This document shows positions 1 through 10,614 of a stretch of DNA of 64,000 nt, in pieces (positions within the stretch are counted from its first letter, which is position 1; the number at the start of each line of letters is the position of its first letter). This stretch comes from Mobula birostris (Eukaryota), in NCBI RefSeq assembly GCF_030028105.1, contig NC_092379.1, positions 18,370,742 through 18,434,741 on the forward strand, read 5' to 3'. The notes beneath the pieces are model-generated. The model worked only from the letters and a program-made list of their open reading frames with translations, was not told the origin of the DNA and made no database searches. The translations under genes were made by a program, and so were the position numbers.

Positions 1-281
1 CCGGTTCCTCGGCTTCTTTTGCCTGCGCCTGCGCGTGGAGCCAGTGGTCCCGCGCCGCGGTTGTTCGCTCGGGCCAGTTCTCCCGCCTTGAGCTGGCGGT
101 TTGTGTCGGACTATCTGCGCCTGCGCGTGGGCCAGGGGTCGCGAGCGCCGATTGTTCGCCGGGCGGCCCTCCCGCGCCGCGCCTGCGCGTTTCCCAGCGC
201 CCTCACGCGGCGATTGAGTCCTCCCGCGTCGCGCTTGCGCCGTGAGGCCGGCCGGTCCTCCCGCCCTTTTTTGGCGCCGCC
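1..281 (+). promoter_or_regulatory. CpG-island promoter/5' UTR of CCNB1IP1 with three NRF1-like GCGCCTGCGC sites
   Basis: Very high GC/CpG density. GCGCCTGCGCG occurs at ~25-35, ~117-127 and ~179-189. A strong Kozak context GCCGCCATGG precedes the ATG at 282. Confidence 0.75.
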
Positions 282-578
282 ATGGCCATGTGCGAGGATG
301 TGTTGCTGTGTAACTTCAGCCGTTGCCGGGCCCGCCTCTCAGGCTTCGCCTGGGTCACCGCCTGCTCACACGTCTTCTGTGACCAGCACGGCAGTGGCGA
401 GTTCAGCCGCTCGCCCGCCCTCTGCCCTGCCTGCAAGAGCGCGCTGGCCGGCAAACTGGACATTGTGCGCACCGAGCTGAGCCCGACCGAAGAGTACAAG
501 GCGATGGTGCTGGCGGGGCTGCGGCCTGAGATCATCCTCGATATCGCGTCCCGGGCTCTTGCCTTCTGGACCTACCAG
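282..578 (+). CDS. CCNB1IP1: E3 ligase HEI10 (meiotic crossover factor), coding exon 1 (RING domain)
   Basis: MAMCEDVLLCNFSRC...CSHVFCDQHGSGEFSRSPALCPAC...LAFWTYQ closely matches human HEI10 as remembered. 297 nt, ending CAG|GT at 578/579 (phase 0). Confidence 0.97.
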
Positions 579-950
579 GTCCGGGGTCACGAGTGGGATC
601 TGGATGTTGGGGGACACCAGTCCGTGGGTGGGGTGGGGTTGGCAATCGAGGTCTGGGAGGAGAGAGGGAGCATGTTTGAGGCGTGGGGTCTGGAACCGGG
701 GTGGGGTGGGGAGGAGATGGCAAGGATGGGGACAGTTAGCCCCAGCTTCACTAACTGGGGTAAGAAGTGTGGGAAAATCACCTTTGGCCCTGGTATCGGA
801 CCACAGGAGTTGGATCTGATCATATCCCTTGGATCCTAGTACCCGGAAAAGTGGTTGTAAAAGCCTTTGGGGGAAGTAGTGGGACCCCCGGGTATGTGGC
901 ATATGGGAATCTCCTGGGTCCTAACGCTCTCCTCCGCCCAATTCCTTCAG

Positions 951-1260
951 ATTCACCAGGAGCGCATGTACCAGGAGTACGCCTACAGCAAGGCGGAGGG
1001 CCGCCTGAGGCAGATGGAGAAGATGTACACCCAGCAGATCCAGGGCAAGGACATGGAGGTGAGCAACAGTCGCAGCGAGGTCAGCTCCCTGAAGAAGCTG
1101 TTGGAGGAGTACAAGAAGAAGTACAGTGAGATGTCGGAAAAGCTGATGGAGCGGAACCGGCAGTACCAGAGGCTGCAGGGCCTCTACGACAGCCTGCGGC
1201 TCCGCAGTATAGCCATGTCAGGGGAGGGGGAGCCCGGAATGGCCTACAGCCTGCCCACAG
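951..1260 (+). CDS. CCNB1IP1: HEI10 coding exon 2 (coiled coil)
   Basis: Acceptor ttccttcag|ATT CAC CAG gives IHQERMYQEY...QGLYDSLRLR. Donor ACAG|gtagcg (phase 1). 310 nt. Confidence 0.96.
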
Positions 1261-2329
1261 GTAGCGAACCACCTCCATCCCACACCTCCCAGTCTCCGCC
1301 TCTTCCCTCCTTAAGTAGAACATAGAGCAGTACAGGCCCTTCAGCCTACGATATAATGCCACTTTTTAATCTACTCCAAGACCAATCTAGCCCTTTCCTC
1401 CTACATAACTCTCATTAAGAGTCTCTTAAATGTCCCTAAAGTATCCGCCTTTGCCACCATCCCAACAATACATTCCACACACCCATCGAACTCAGCATAA
1501 AAAAAATCTCCCTTGGACATCCTCCGACATTTCCCTCCACTTAGCTTAAAATTAACCCCTCTTGTATTGACCATACCTTTTGGGGAGGTTGCATGAGGTG
1601 GAGGAAGGAAGAGTGGAGTCTGTGGAAGGGGTGTCAGAAGGAATGTGATGGTCATCAGTGAGGAGGGGTGTATTCAGTACGTAATGGGAAGGTCAGTGGA
1701 CTATCGGAGAGACAGAGAGTGGGATTGGGTTAGGATGTGGACGGGAGGAGGTTGGAAAGGAGTGATGGAGAGAGGGCCAGGACTAATGGTGAAATTTGGA
1801 TAACATGAGTTTGCAACTGGTGTTGGCATTGGTTCTAATATTGTCACATGTAACAAGGCACGGTGAAGCTCTTAGATTCGTATTGGTGTCCGTTTCAAAA
1901 CGCAAGTGTGTTGAGGCAGTACAAAGGAAAGACAGTAGCGGTGTGCAGAATAAATGCAGTGTTAGTAAATTTGTAGATTACTCTAAATTAGATTTTGTGA
2001 AGATGATTATTAGGAGGGTGCTTTATCAACTGGGTAAGTGGATTGAAGAATGGCAAATGGAGAATAATTTTGGATTTGCACAAAGTGTTTTTTGTGAAGA
2101 CTCATGAGGGTAAGACATTCACAGTGAACAGGAGGACCCCGGGGAGTGTTGTAGAACAGAAGGACCCAGGAATACAGGTACACAGTTTCCTTAAGTGAGG
2201 TTATGGGTAGACTGGTGAAGAAGATTTCTGGCATCCAGGCCTTCATCATTCAGTGCAGAGTAGATTTCCATTCCCATTCTGATGTGTTGGTCCATGGCCT
2301 CCTCTCGTATCAAGATGAGGCCACCCTCA

Positions 2330-2710
2330 GGGTGTTGATGCAACACCTTACATTCAGTCTGGCTAGCCTCCAACCTGCTGGCATGAACATGGATTTCTAC
2401 TTCTGTTTAAAAAAATTTCCTCCTCCCCCCCCCACTTTCCTCTATTCCCCGCTCTAACTTTAACCTCTTCTCACCTGCCTCCTTTTCTCCTTCCTCTCCA
2501 GTCTTTCACCTTTTCTATCCACTTGGCTTCATCTCTCACTTTCTAGCTATCCTTCCTCCTCCCCCCCACTAACCTTTTCATTTCTGACTTCTTTCCCCTT
2601 CCATTCCAGTCCTGATGAAGGGTCTTGGGCCGAAATGTCGACTGTTTATTCGTTTCCACAGATACTGCCTGACCTGCTGAGCTTCCCCAGCATTTTGTGT
2701 GTGTTACTGA
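2330..2710 (+). mobile_element. Penelope-like element 3' fragment with hammerhead-type terminal motif
   Basis: Encodes QHLTFSLASLQPAGMN, resembling the end of a Penelope GIY-YIG ORF. It is followed by CAGTC-CTGATGA-A-stem-GAAA-TGTC-GACTG at 2607-2644. Confidence 0.7.
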
Positions 2711-2828
2711 GTAGAAAAGTTGGGATGTTACGTGTCAGTTGTACATGTTGGTGAGTCCATTTTGTTATATTGTGTTCAGTTTTGGTCACTCTGCGATAGG
2801 AAAGATATCAGTAAGCTGGGAAGACTGT

Positions 2829-3585
2829 AGAATCAGAATCAGGGTTATTATCACCGGAATGTGACGTGAAATTTGTTAACCTAGCAGCAGCAATTCAATG
2901 CAATACATAATCTAGAATAAAAGATAGTAATAAATACACAAGTAAATCAGTTACAGAATACGTGTATTGAATAGATGAAAAAACGCGCAAAAAACAGAAA
3001 TACTTTATATTTAAAAAGTGAGGTAGTGTCCAAGGATTCAATGGCCATTTAGGAATCGGATGGCAGAGGGGAAGAAGCTGTTCCTGAATCGCTGAGTGTG
3101 TGCCTTCAGGCTTCTGTACCTCCTACTTGATGGTAATGGTGAGAAAAGGGCATGCCCTGGGTGCTGGAGGTTCTTAATGATGAACACTGCCTTTCTGAGA
3201 CACCGCTCCCTGAAGATGTCCTGGGTACTTTGAAGGCTAGTACCCAAGATGGAGCTGACTAGATTTATAACTTCCTGTAGTTTCTTTCGGTCCTGTGCAG
3301 TAGCCCCTCCATACCAGACAGTGATGCAGCCTGTCAGAAACCTCTCCACTGTACAGCTATAGAAGTTTTTGAGTGTACTTGTTGCCATGCCACTTCTCAA
3401 ACTCCTAATGAAGTATAGCTGCTATCTTGCTTTCTTTATAACTACATCGATATGTTGGGACCAGGTTAGATCCTCCGAAATCTTGACACCCAGGAACTTG
3501 AAACTGTTCACTCTCTCCACTTCTGATCCCTCTATGAAGATTGGTATGTCTTCCTTTGTCTTGCCCTTCCTGAATGACTTGAGGG
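2829..3585 (-). mobile_element. L2-clade LINE 3' fragment
   Basis: ORF 3038-3400 (NFYSCTVE..LTGCITVWYG...RFRNSFFPSAIRFLN) is a typical L2 ORF2 C-terminus, with an (ATTCTG)n-type tail near 2830. Confidence 0.75.
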
Positions 3586-3599
3586 ACTGAGTTCTGGAA

Positions 3600-3960
3600 T
3601 GAGGTTGCTAATTTATTCCTTGGAGCATGAGGGTTAATCATATAAAATCATGAGGGGCACAAGCAGGGTGAATGCACACAGTGCTTTTACCCCCTAGGGG
3701 TGGGGAATCAAGAACTGGCGGGCACAGGTTTAAAGTGAGAGGGGAAAGATTTAATAGGAACCTGAGGGGCAACCTTTTCACCCAGAAGGCGGTCAGAATA
3801 TGGAATGAGCTGCCGTACGAAGTGGTTGAGCCAGATAAATTAACAAGTATGAGTGTGTGGGAAGGTTTAGAGAGATAAGATAGGGGCAAGTGGAATAACT
3901 TATGGGTAATCTTGTTCAGTACAGAACAATTGGGCCGAGGGGCCTATCTCCATTCTGTGT
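3600..3960 (+). mobile_element. CR1 LINE 3' fragment
   Basis: GHRFKVRGERFNRNLRGNLFTQKAVRIWNELP is the CR1 ORF2 C-terminal signature. Confidence 0.8.
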
Positions 3961-4329
3961 GACACTTTACAGTGGGAGTGCAAAGCAGACAGCCACTAAG
4001 ATACTAGGACCACAGCAAGGTAATTTGTGAGGTCAAGAGTTCACCTTATTGTATCAGGGGACTGCTGAAGTGTATTATAACAGCAAGGTAGAAGCTGTCC
4101 CTGAGCCCGGTGGTGTGCGCTTTCCGGCTTAATATCTTCTGCCCGACAGCTGTCTAGGATGAATAGGGTCTTTAATTATGCTGACTACTTTCCCAAGAAA
4201 CCCATACTAGACGAATCTGCTAATTTTTTTTGAAGAGGTAACCAAAAGGGTAGATCAGGGTGGGGCAGTGGATGTTGTTTATTTCGGACTTTCAACAAGG
4301 TCTCAAAGGGTAGGCTGGTCTGCAAGGTT

Positions 4330-4905
4330 ATGTCCCATGGAATCCGAGGAGAACTAGTTAGATGGATTCAAAACCGGAGGAACTCAGCAGGCCAGGCAGA
4401 CTCTATCAAAAAGAGTAAACAGTCGATGTTTCTGGCCGAGACCCTTCATCGGGACTGGAAAGGAAGAAGTCAAAATAAGAAGGTGGGGGAGGGGAGGAAG
4501 GAGTACAAGGTGGGTAGGTGAAACTTATGGGAAGGAAAGAGCTGGGAAATTGGTGAAAGATCAAAGGGCTGGAGGAGGCAGAATCTAATAGGTGAAGGTA
4601 GGAGACGGTGGAAGAAAGGGAAGGGGAGGAGCACTAGAGGGAGGTGATGGACAGGTAAAAAGAGGTGTGAAAGGGAAACAAGAATGGGGAATGGAGAAGA
4701 TGGGGGGGGAGGGCAATTACTGGAAGTTCGAGAAATCGATGTTTATGCCATCAGTTTGGAGGCTACCCAGATGGAATATAAGGTCTTGTTCCTCCAGCCT
4801 GAGTGTGGCCTCATTGCGGTAGTAGAGGAGACTGTGGACTGACATGTCGGAATGGGAACGGGAAGTGGAATTGAAATGAGTGGCTACAGGAAGGCCCCAC
4901 CTTTT
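4330..4905 (-). mobile_element. Penelope-like element fragment
   Basis: Reverse-complement homologue of 2330-2710, with a degenerate hammerhead motif at ~4420-4457. Confidence 0.65.
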
Positions 4906-5409
4906 CTGGTGCAGATGCCAGATGAATTTAAAGTTGTCTCGGACGTAGGGTGTTGGTGTAAAGTTGTTCCTTAGAATTAAAGCCGGTAACTAACTAGTGG
5001 TGTTCTGCAAAGATTGGTGTTATTTAATTTGGATGCAAATGCACAAGTTGTGGTCAATAAGTTTGTAGATGACACAAAATTAGGAAATGTTGTTTGTAGT
5101 GAAGAAGATTGTCATGGATTACAGGGGGATTGAACAGTTAGAGAAGTGGGCTCAGGAATAGTAAATATATTTCAATTCGGATTAGTGTGAGGACATGTAT
5201 TTTGGAAAATCAGACTAGCGGAGGACTTGTACTATGAATGGTAGTGCACTAAGGAGTGCATTACAACTGAACCACCTAGGAGTACGACTGCATGGTTTGT
5301 TGTCACAGGGTAGTGAAAAAGGTGTTCAACCCATGCTGTCCTTCATCAGTCAGGGCACTGAGTACCGGAGTTCAGAAATTATGTACCAGGTGTGCAAATT
5401 GCTTAGGCT

Positions 5410-6876
5410 GAACGGAGTAAAGACCATTAGATTCAGGAGCAGAATTAGGCCATTTGGCCCATCAACTCTGCTCCGCCATTTCATCATGGCTGATCCAGTT
5501 TTCCTCTCAGCCCCAATCTCATGCCTTCTCCACGTATCCCTTCATGCCTTGACCAATCACGAATCTATCAACCTTTGCCTTACTTAAACATAAAGACTTG
5601 GCCTCCATAGCCATCTGTGGCAAGTAATTCCACAGATTCACCGCCTTTGGCTAAAGAAATTCCTCATCTCTGTACTAAAAGGACGCCCTTCTACTCTAAA
5701 GCTGTGTTCTTTGGTCTTAGACCCTCCCACCATAGGAAGTATCTTCTCCGCATCCACTATTATCAAGGTCATTTACCAATCCATTGGTGTCACAGAGGTC
5801 ATCCCTCATTCTTCTGAATTTTAGTGAATTCAGGCCCAAGACCATCAGATGCACTTCATATAACAACCCATTCAATCCTGGAATCATTTTCGTGAATCTC
5901 TTTTTAACCCTTTCCAGTTTCAGCACATCCTTTCTAAGATAAGGGGGCCCAAACCTGCTCACAATCCTCCAAGTATGGCCTCACCACTGCTTTATAAAGT
6001 TTCAACATTACATTGTTTATTTTATATTGTAGTCCTCTTGAAATGAATGCTATTATATTGCATTTGCCTTCCTCACTACAGAATCAATGTGCAAATTAAC
6101 CTTCAGGGAATCTTGCCCAAGGACTCCCAAGTCCCTTTTGTGCCTCGGAGTTTTGTATTTTCTCTGCATTTAGAAAATAGTCAGCCCTTTCATTTTTTTC
6201 TACCAAAGTACATGACCATATACTTCCCGACACTATGCCGCCTGCCATTTCTTTGCCCATTCTCCTGTCTTAAATCCTTCCGTAGCCTCTATAGTTTTGC
6301 AAAACTACCTGACCCTCCAGCTATCTGCATGTCGTCTGCAAACTTTGTGACCGAGCCATCAATTCCATCATACAAATTTATTGACATTAAAGGTAAAAGA
6401 ATCAGTCCCAACACAGATCTCTGTGGAACACCAGTAGTCACTGGCAGCCAACCAGAAAGGCTTCCTTTCTTCCCACTCTTTGCTTCCTGCCAGTCAGCCA
6501 CTGCTTTATCCATGCTGGAATTGTTCCTGTAATACCATGGGCTCATAGCTTGTTAAGTAGCCTAATGTATGGCACCTTGTCAAAGGCCTTCTGAAAATTC
6601 AAGTACACAACGTGAACCAATTCTCTTTTTTCTATCCTGCTTGTTACTTCTTCAAAGAATTCCAATGGATTTATCAGACAACTTTCTCTTGAGGAAACTA
6701 TGCTGACTACGGCCTATTTTATCATGTGCTTCTAAGTACCCTGAGACCCATCTTTAAAAATCAACTCCAACATCTTCCCAACCACTGAGGTCAGATTAAC
6801 TGGCCTGTAGTTTCCTTTTTTCCGTCTATCTCCCTTCTTGAAGAGTGGAGTGACACTTGCAATTTTTCATAACCTT
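5410..6876 (-). mobile_element. CR1 LINE, 5'-truncated and degraded
   Basis: Minus-strand RT fragments (LPVTTGVPQRSVLG, KFADD, PYLRKDVLKLERV) and a CR1 3' tail near 5420. Confidence 0.85.
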
Positions 6877-6884
6877 CTCTAGAG

Positions 6885-7145
6885 CAGTGGTCCTCAACCT
6901 CCAGACCACAGGCCGATACATTGCCGTGAAGAATGCAGTAGCGCAGCGGTAGTCAGAACGCACCCAGCATATCTTTAAGAAGAAAGCCGAAATAAACAAA
7001 CTAATTAATAGTGGCACCTAATTAATTAGCTTGTTTATTTCAACTTTCTTCTTAAAGATGTGCTGGGTGCGTTCTGACTACCGCTGCACCACTGCATTCT
7101 TCGCAGCCATGTCTCGGCCCGTGGTCCGGAGGTTGGGGACCTCTT
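6885..7145. mobile_element. hAT (Charlie-like) fold-back MITE
   Basis: Arms are near-perfect inverted repeats (CAGTGGTCCTCAACCTCC... / ...GGAGGTTGGGGACCTCT). 8-bp TSD CTCTAGAG at 6877-6884 and 7146-7153. Confidence 0.9.
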
Positions 7146-7284
7146 CTCTAGAGAAATGTGTAGTTTTGGTCATGCTGTTATAAGAATCAGAGTCAGGTTT
7201 ATTATCACTGGCATGTGTCATGAAATTTGTTAACTTAGAGAGGTGTGGTTAAACTGGAAATAGTACAGGAAAGATTTATGAGGA

Positions 7285-7510
7285 ATCAGGCACAAAATGC
7301 TGGAGGAACTCAGCAGGCCAGGCAGCATCTATGGAAATAAATAAACCATCAACGTTTTGGGCCGAGACCCTTCTTCAGTCCTGATGAAGGGTCTCGGCTT
7401 GAAGCATCAACTGTTTACTCTATTCCATAGATGCTGCCTGACTTGCTGAATTCCTGTAGTATCTAGTGTGTGTTGTGGTGGATTTCCAGCATTTGTAGAT
7501 TTTCTCATGT
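7285..7510. mobile_element. Penelope-derived palindromic terminal repeat
   Basis: Head-to-head copies of GCAGCATCT...GGGCCGAGACCCTTC and CTGATGAAGGGTCTCGG...AGATGCTGCC. Confidence 0.65.
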
Positions 7511-7900
7511 TTGAGATTTATGAGGAAGTTGCCTGGATTAGAGGACCTGAGTTATGGGGGGAGATTGGTCAGGCGAGGTCTTTAGTCCTTTGAGTGCAAG
7601 AGAATGCAGGGTGACCTTGTAGAAGTGTTTAGAATTATGAGAGGTGTAGATAAAGTGGATGGTAACAGTCTCTTCCCCCCAGGGTAGGGGAGTCCAAGCC
7701 CAGTGGGCAGAAGTTTAGAGTAGGAGGTAGAAGATTTAAAAGGAAACTGAGGGGCAACCTTTTCCACACAGAGGGTGTTAGGTATATGGAATGAGTTGCC
7801 AGAGATTGTCGTTGAGTTGAGGCAGAGTCAATAGTATAATTGCAGAAGCACTTGGAGGGGTGCATGGAGGAGAGGGCTTGAAGGGGTATGGGCCAAACTT
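7510..7900 (+). mobile_element. CR1 LINE 3' fragment
   Basis: Same C-terminal CR1 signature as 3600-3960, degraded. Confidence 0.7.
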
Positions 7901-8424
7901 AGGAAATTTAGACACCATGGTTGGCACTCACTGGTTGGGCATGGAGTCCATTCCATGCAGGGGAGGCTGGTGATCTGTTGAGCTGTGTCCAGTTTCTTGC
8001 AGTCACCACCAAGCCGTGCTGCATCCAGATAGATGTTTCCTATCTCTGAAGAAATTCGTGCAGGTCAGGAGGGATAGCCCTCCAAGGAAGCAGGGAAGTG
8101 TTGAGAATGGCTGGAATCGGGCTGAGAGACAGGGAATGGTTAAGGTTGTCTGTGGGTCGGTTTGGGGCCAATTGTTTACAGAGATCAGAGACAGGTTGGG
8201 TGTGTGAGATGGGGAGGAGGGGTGAGGGTGAGAGAGCTGGGGTCAGGTAGGTACAGAGGCAGGGTCAAGGTCAGCATCGGGGTGTGGAGTCAGGGGTCAG
8301 AGATGAGGGGAGTAAGGATGAAGGGGAAAGGGTAGGGGTTGGTGGTGGTGAGGTTAGGGATGAGTAGCCCTGGCAGGGACCTCCAACTGACCATTGCTTC
8401 TCTCCTCCACCCTCCCTACCTCAG

Positions 8425-8645
8425 CCTCAAGTGGCCTGAACAAGTTGCTGCCGGCAGACTCCCCGGGTCGGAGACACTCAGCTGAAGGCGACTTCCGCCT
8501 CCGACCCTCCTTCTTCAGCTCGCCGGCTCCAGAAGGTGCTGGCAGTTTCTTCAGCTTCTCTCCTGGTGACGACCAGGACCGGGAGCAGCATCAGCACCCC
8601 ACCCTCGCCGCAACCAGCAGCTCCTTCAGAATGAAGAGGATGTGA
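8425..8645 (+). CDS. CCNB1IP1: HEI10 coding exon 3 (disordered C-terminus, stop)
   Basis: Acceptor cctcag|CC completes a GCC codon in phase 1. DFRLRPSFF...SFFSFSP...FRMKRM* matches the remembered human tail DFQFRPFF...SFFSFVSP...FKVKRI*. Total CDS 828 nt = 275 aa plus stop. Confidence 0.92.
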
Positions 8646-8795
8646 GGAGAATGGGGATGAGAGGGTGAGGTGGTGGGAAGAGAGGGGATGAACTGGGGGG
8701 TGGTGGGGAGATGGGGGAAAGGAGAAAGGAGAAAGCATCCCACTGCTGGGAGTTCAACAGTATGTCCTGCTTTGTCTTTCCACAATGTTACCCTG

Positions 8796-8801
8796 AATAA
8801 A
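8796..8801 (+). terminator. Likely poly(A) signal of CCNB1IP1
   Basis: First AATAAA after the stop codon, ~150 nt downstream. Confidence 0.6.
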
Positions 8802-9034
8802 CTAGTCACTGGGAACTCATAACTATTTCTTCAGTCTGTTGTGGGCACTTTACACCCAGTGTCACCCATCATCCTGGGAGGAGAGCTGTTTGTGAAGGGG
8901 TTAAGCGAAGGCTTGAGCTTCAGAGGGTTGAGGATGGCAAGAGATTTGTGGGAACGGTTGAGAGCTGCGGAGGGGATCATGAAGGTTCACAGGCAGGGCA
9001 TCTGGCCTCCCTCGGTGAATGGGCTACATACAAT

Positions 9035-9550
9035 GCAGTTTATTACATCGAGTGTGGCGATTTACAGCCTCCTGTAAGCGGTTTATTACATAGAATGTGG
9101 TGATTTACAGCCTCCTATAAGCGGTTTATTACATCGTGGTAAATTACAGTCTCCTGTAAGCATTTTATTACAGTGAGCGTGGCGATTACAGCCTCCTGTA
9201 AGCATTTTATTACATCAAGAGGGGCAAATAACCACTTCCTGTAAGCGGTTTATTAGTGAGAGTGGTAATTTACAGCCTCCTGTAAGCTGTTTATTACAGT
9301 GAGAATGGTGATTTATAGCATTATAATGTGATTTATTACATCGAGAGTGCGAATTACAGCCTCCTGTAAGCAGTTTATTACAGTGAGAGGATGAATTACA
9401 GCCTCCTGTAAACGGTTTATTACAGCAGAAGTGTGGTAATTTACAGCTTTGGAACATGGTTTACTGCAGCAAGAGTGATTTACAGCCTCCTGTAACAGTT
9501 TATTACGGTGACAGCAGGAATTTACAACCCTCTGTAATATGGTTTATTAT
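9035..9550. repeat. ~42-bp minisatellite (~13 units) with an internal hairpin and minus-strand AATAAA
   Basis: Unit ~ATTTACAGCCTCCTGTAAGCGGTTTATTACA + variable ~10 nt. TTTATT at 9039, 9082, 9125, 9164, 9206, 9249, 9290, 9332, 9374, 9416, 9499 and 9543. Confidence 0.95.
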
Positions 9551-9973
9551 GGCTGAGCAAATATTTTCAGCTTCTTGTAAAAACATCTTTCTGCTAACCA
9601 TACGTGAAACATTCAGTTATCTATCAAAACAATTGAAAGACCCAGAGGCAGTGGAGAAGGATTTGGCATGAGGTTCAGTATGTAGAAGGTGTGGATTGAC
9701 CGCCATCTCCAGGTGGAGACGTTGAAAAATCAGTGTCAATTCACGACCAGGGTGCGCTCCCCCCACTTGCCTCTCCATGGTCCTGAAAATGTCCCCCCAC
9801 TGCGCCCTCAGTACCCCTCCACCACAAGGACCCAGTTCTCCCCCCACCCCATGGGTAGTCGGCCAGCGATCCCACAGGAAGCACCAACAGTAATGTTAAC
9901 TCCATGGGTTCCAGGATGTGGGGAGCAAATTGCTGTCTGGACTCAGTCCTGGAGAGGTCAGGTGAACCTCTCT

Positions 9974-10093
9974 TCACTCGCTGCAGGGTCTGTAGGCGAC
10001 GATGGCAGTGGCCTGGCAGCTGGCACTCTGCTTCCTGCCGTTCACTATCAGCACCAGTGGGGTCTCCACACGGACACTGTTGAAGGCAAACTT
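9974..10093 (-). CDS. TTC5: TTC5 exon 10 (last coding exon, OB-fold end)
   Basis: cccacag|AAG gives KFAFNSVRVETPLVLIVNGRKQSASCQATAIVAYRPCSE*. 120 nt; matches the remembered human C-terminus SVRVETPLLLVVNG. Confidence 0.93.
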   Translation of the reverse strand, partial: KFAFNSVRVETPLVLIVNGRKQSASCQATAIVAYRPCSE

Positions 10094-10373
10094 CTGTGGG
10101 ATGAAGGGAAAGAGGTGTCAGGCCTGAAGTAGAGGGAGTGGGGAGAGAAAGGTCAAAGTCCAGCATGCACGGAGGGTGGATGGGGGAAAGTGGGAAGTTG
10201 GGGGGGAAGAGGGGGTTGAGGATTAGTGGTAGGGAGAGGGGGTTTGAGTCCTGGTGCAGCAGGAGAGAGAGGTGTCAGTGCTGGTTTGGGTATAGATTTT
10301 GTCACAATCTACGTCGAGACACCACAATGGGTTGTGCTCTCTGCCCGGGGTCACACCCTGCTCTCACACTCAC

Positions 10374-10518
10374 CTTGCCACGGTGCTCCAGTCGATGCTC
10401 CTTGAAAAGGGGCTGGGGAATGGCCACCGTGTCTCCGATCAGCACCGCCCAGCTCTCTGCTATGTTGTACACCATCACCGCCACACAGGTCCCCTCACCA
10501 TCCAACAGACCGAAGGTA
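10374..10518 (-). CDS. TTC5: TTC5 exon 9
   Basis: cctaag|T ACC gives (F)[34 protein letters not shown]...HRGK, then |gtgagt. 145 nt. Confidence 0.94.
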
Positions 10519-10614
10519 CTTAGGACAAAGGAGGGACCGGTCAGTAACAGGGAAAGCGGGTTGAGTAGTGATGGCAGTCAACAGTACATCAGGGCCCCAG
10601 CCCCCACCCCCTGG

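Noticed and set aside
19-902. Long overlapping ORFs around HEI10 exon 1 and in TTC5 introns (e.g. 10138-10991, 12679-13287, 18945-19508)
   Set aside because: Pro/Gly/Ser-rich shadow frames produced by GC-rich or repetitive sequence, with no domain content.
927-940. CTCTCCTCCGCCCA matches the remembered 3' end of human RNase P H1 RNA, whose gene lies near CCNB1IP1
   Set aside because: It lies in the polypyrimidine tract of exon 2, and no other RNase P conserved motifs (GGAAGGTCTGAG, AACCCAATTCAGAC) are nearby. Treated as coincidence.
579-8424. Intronic snoRNA (human CCNB1IP1 hosts SNORD126)
   Set aside because: No box C/D pair with a terminal stem was found outside TE sequence. An Infernal search would be needed to exclude it fully.
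9035-9550. CRISPR-like array (hairpin repeat plus variable spacer)
   Set aside because: Vertebrate genomic context, ~10-nt spacers that are related to each other, degenerate repeats and no cas genes. It is a minisatellite.
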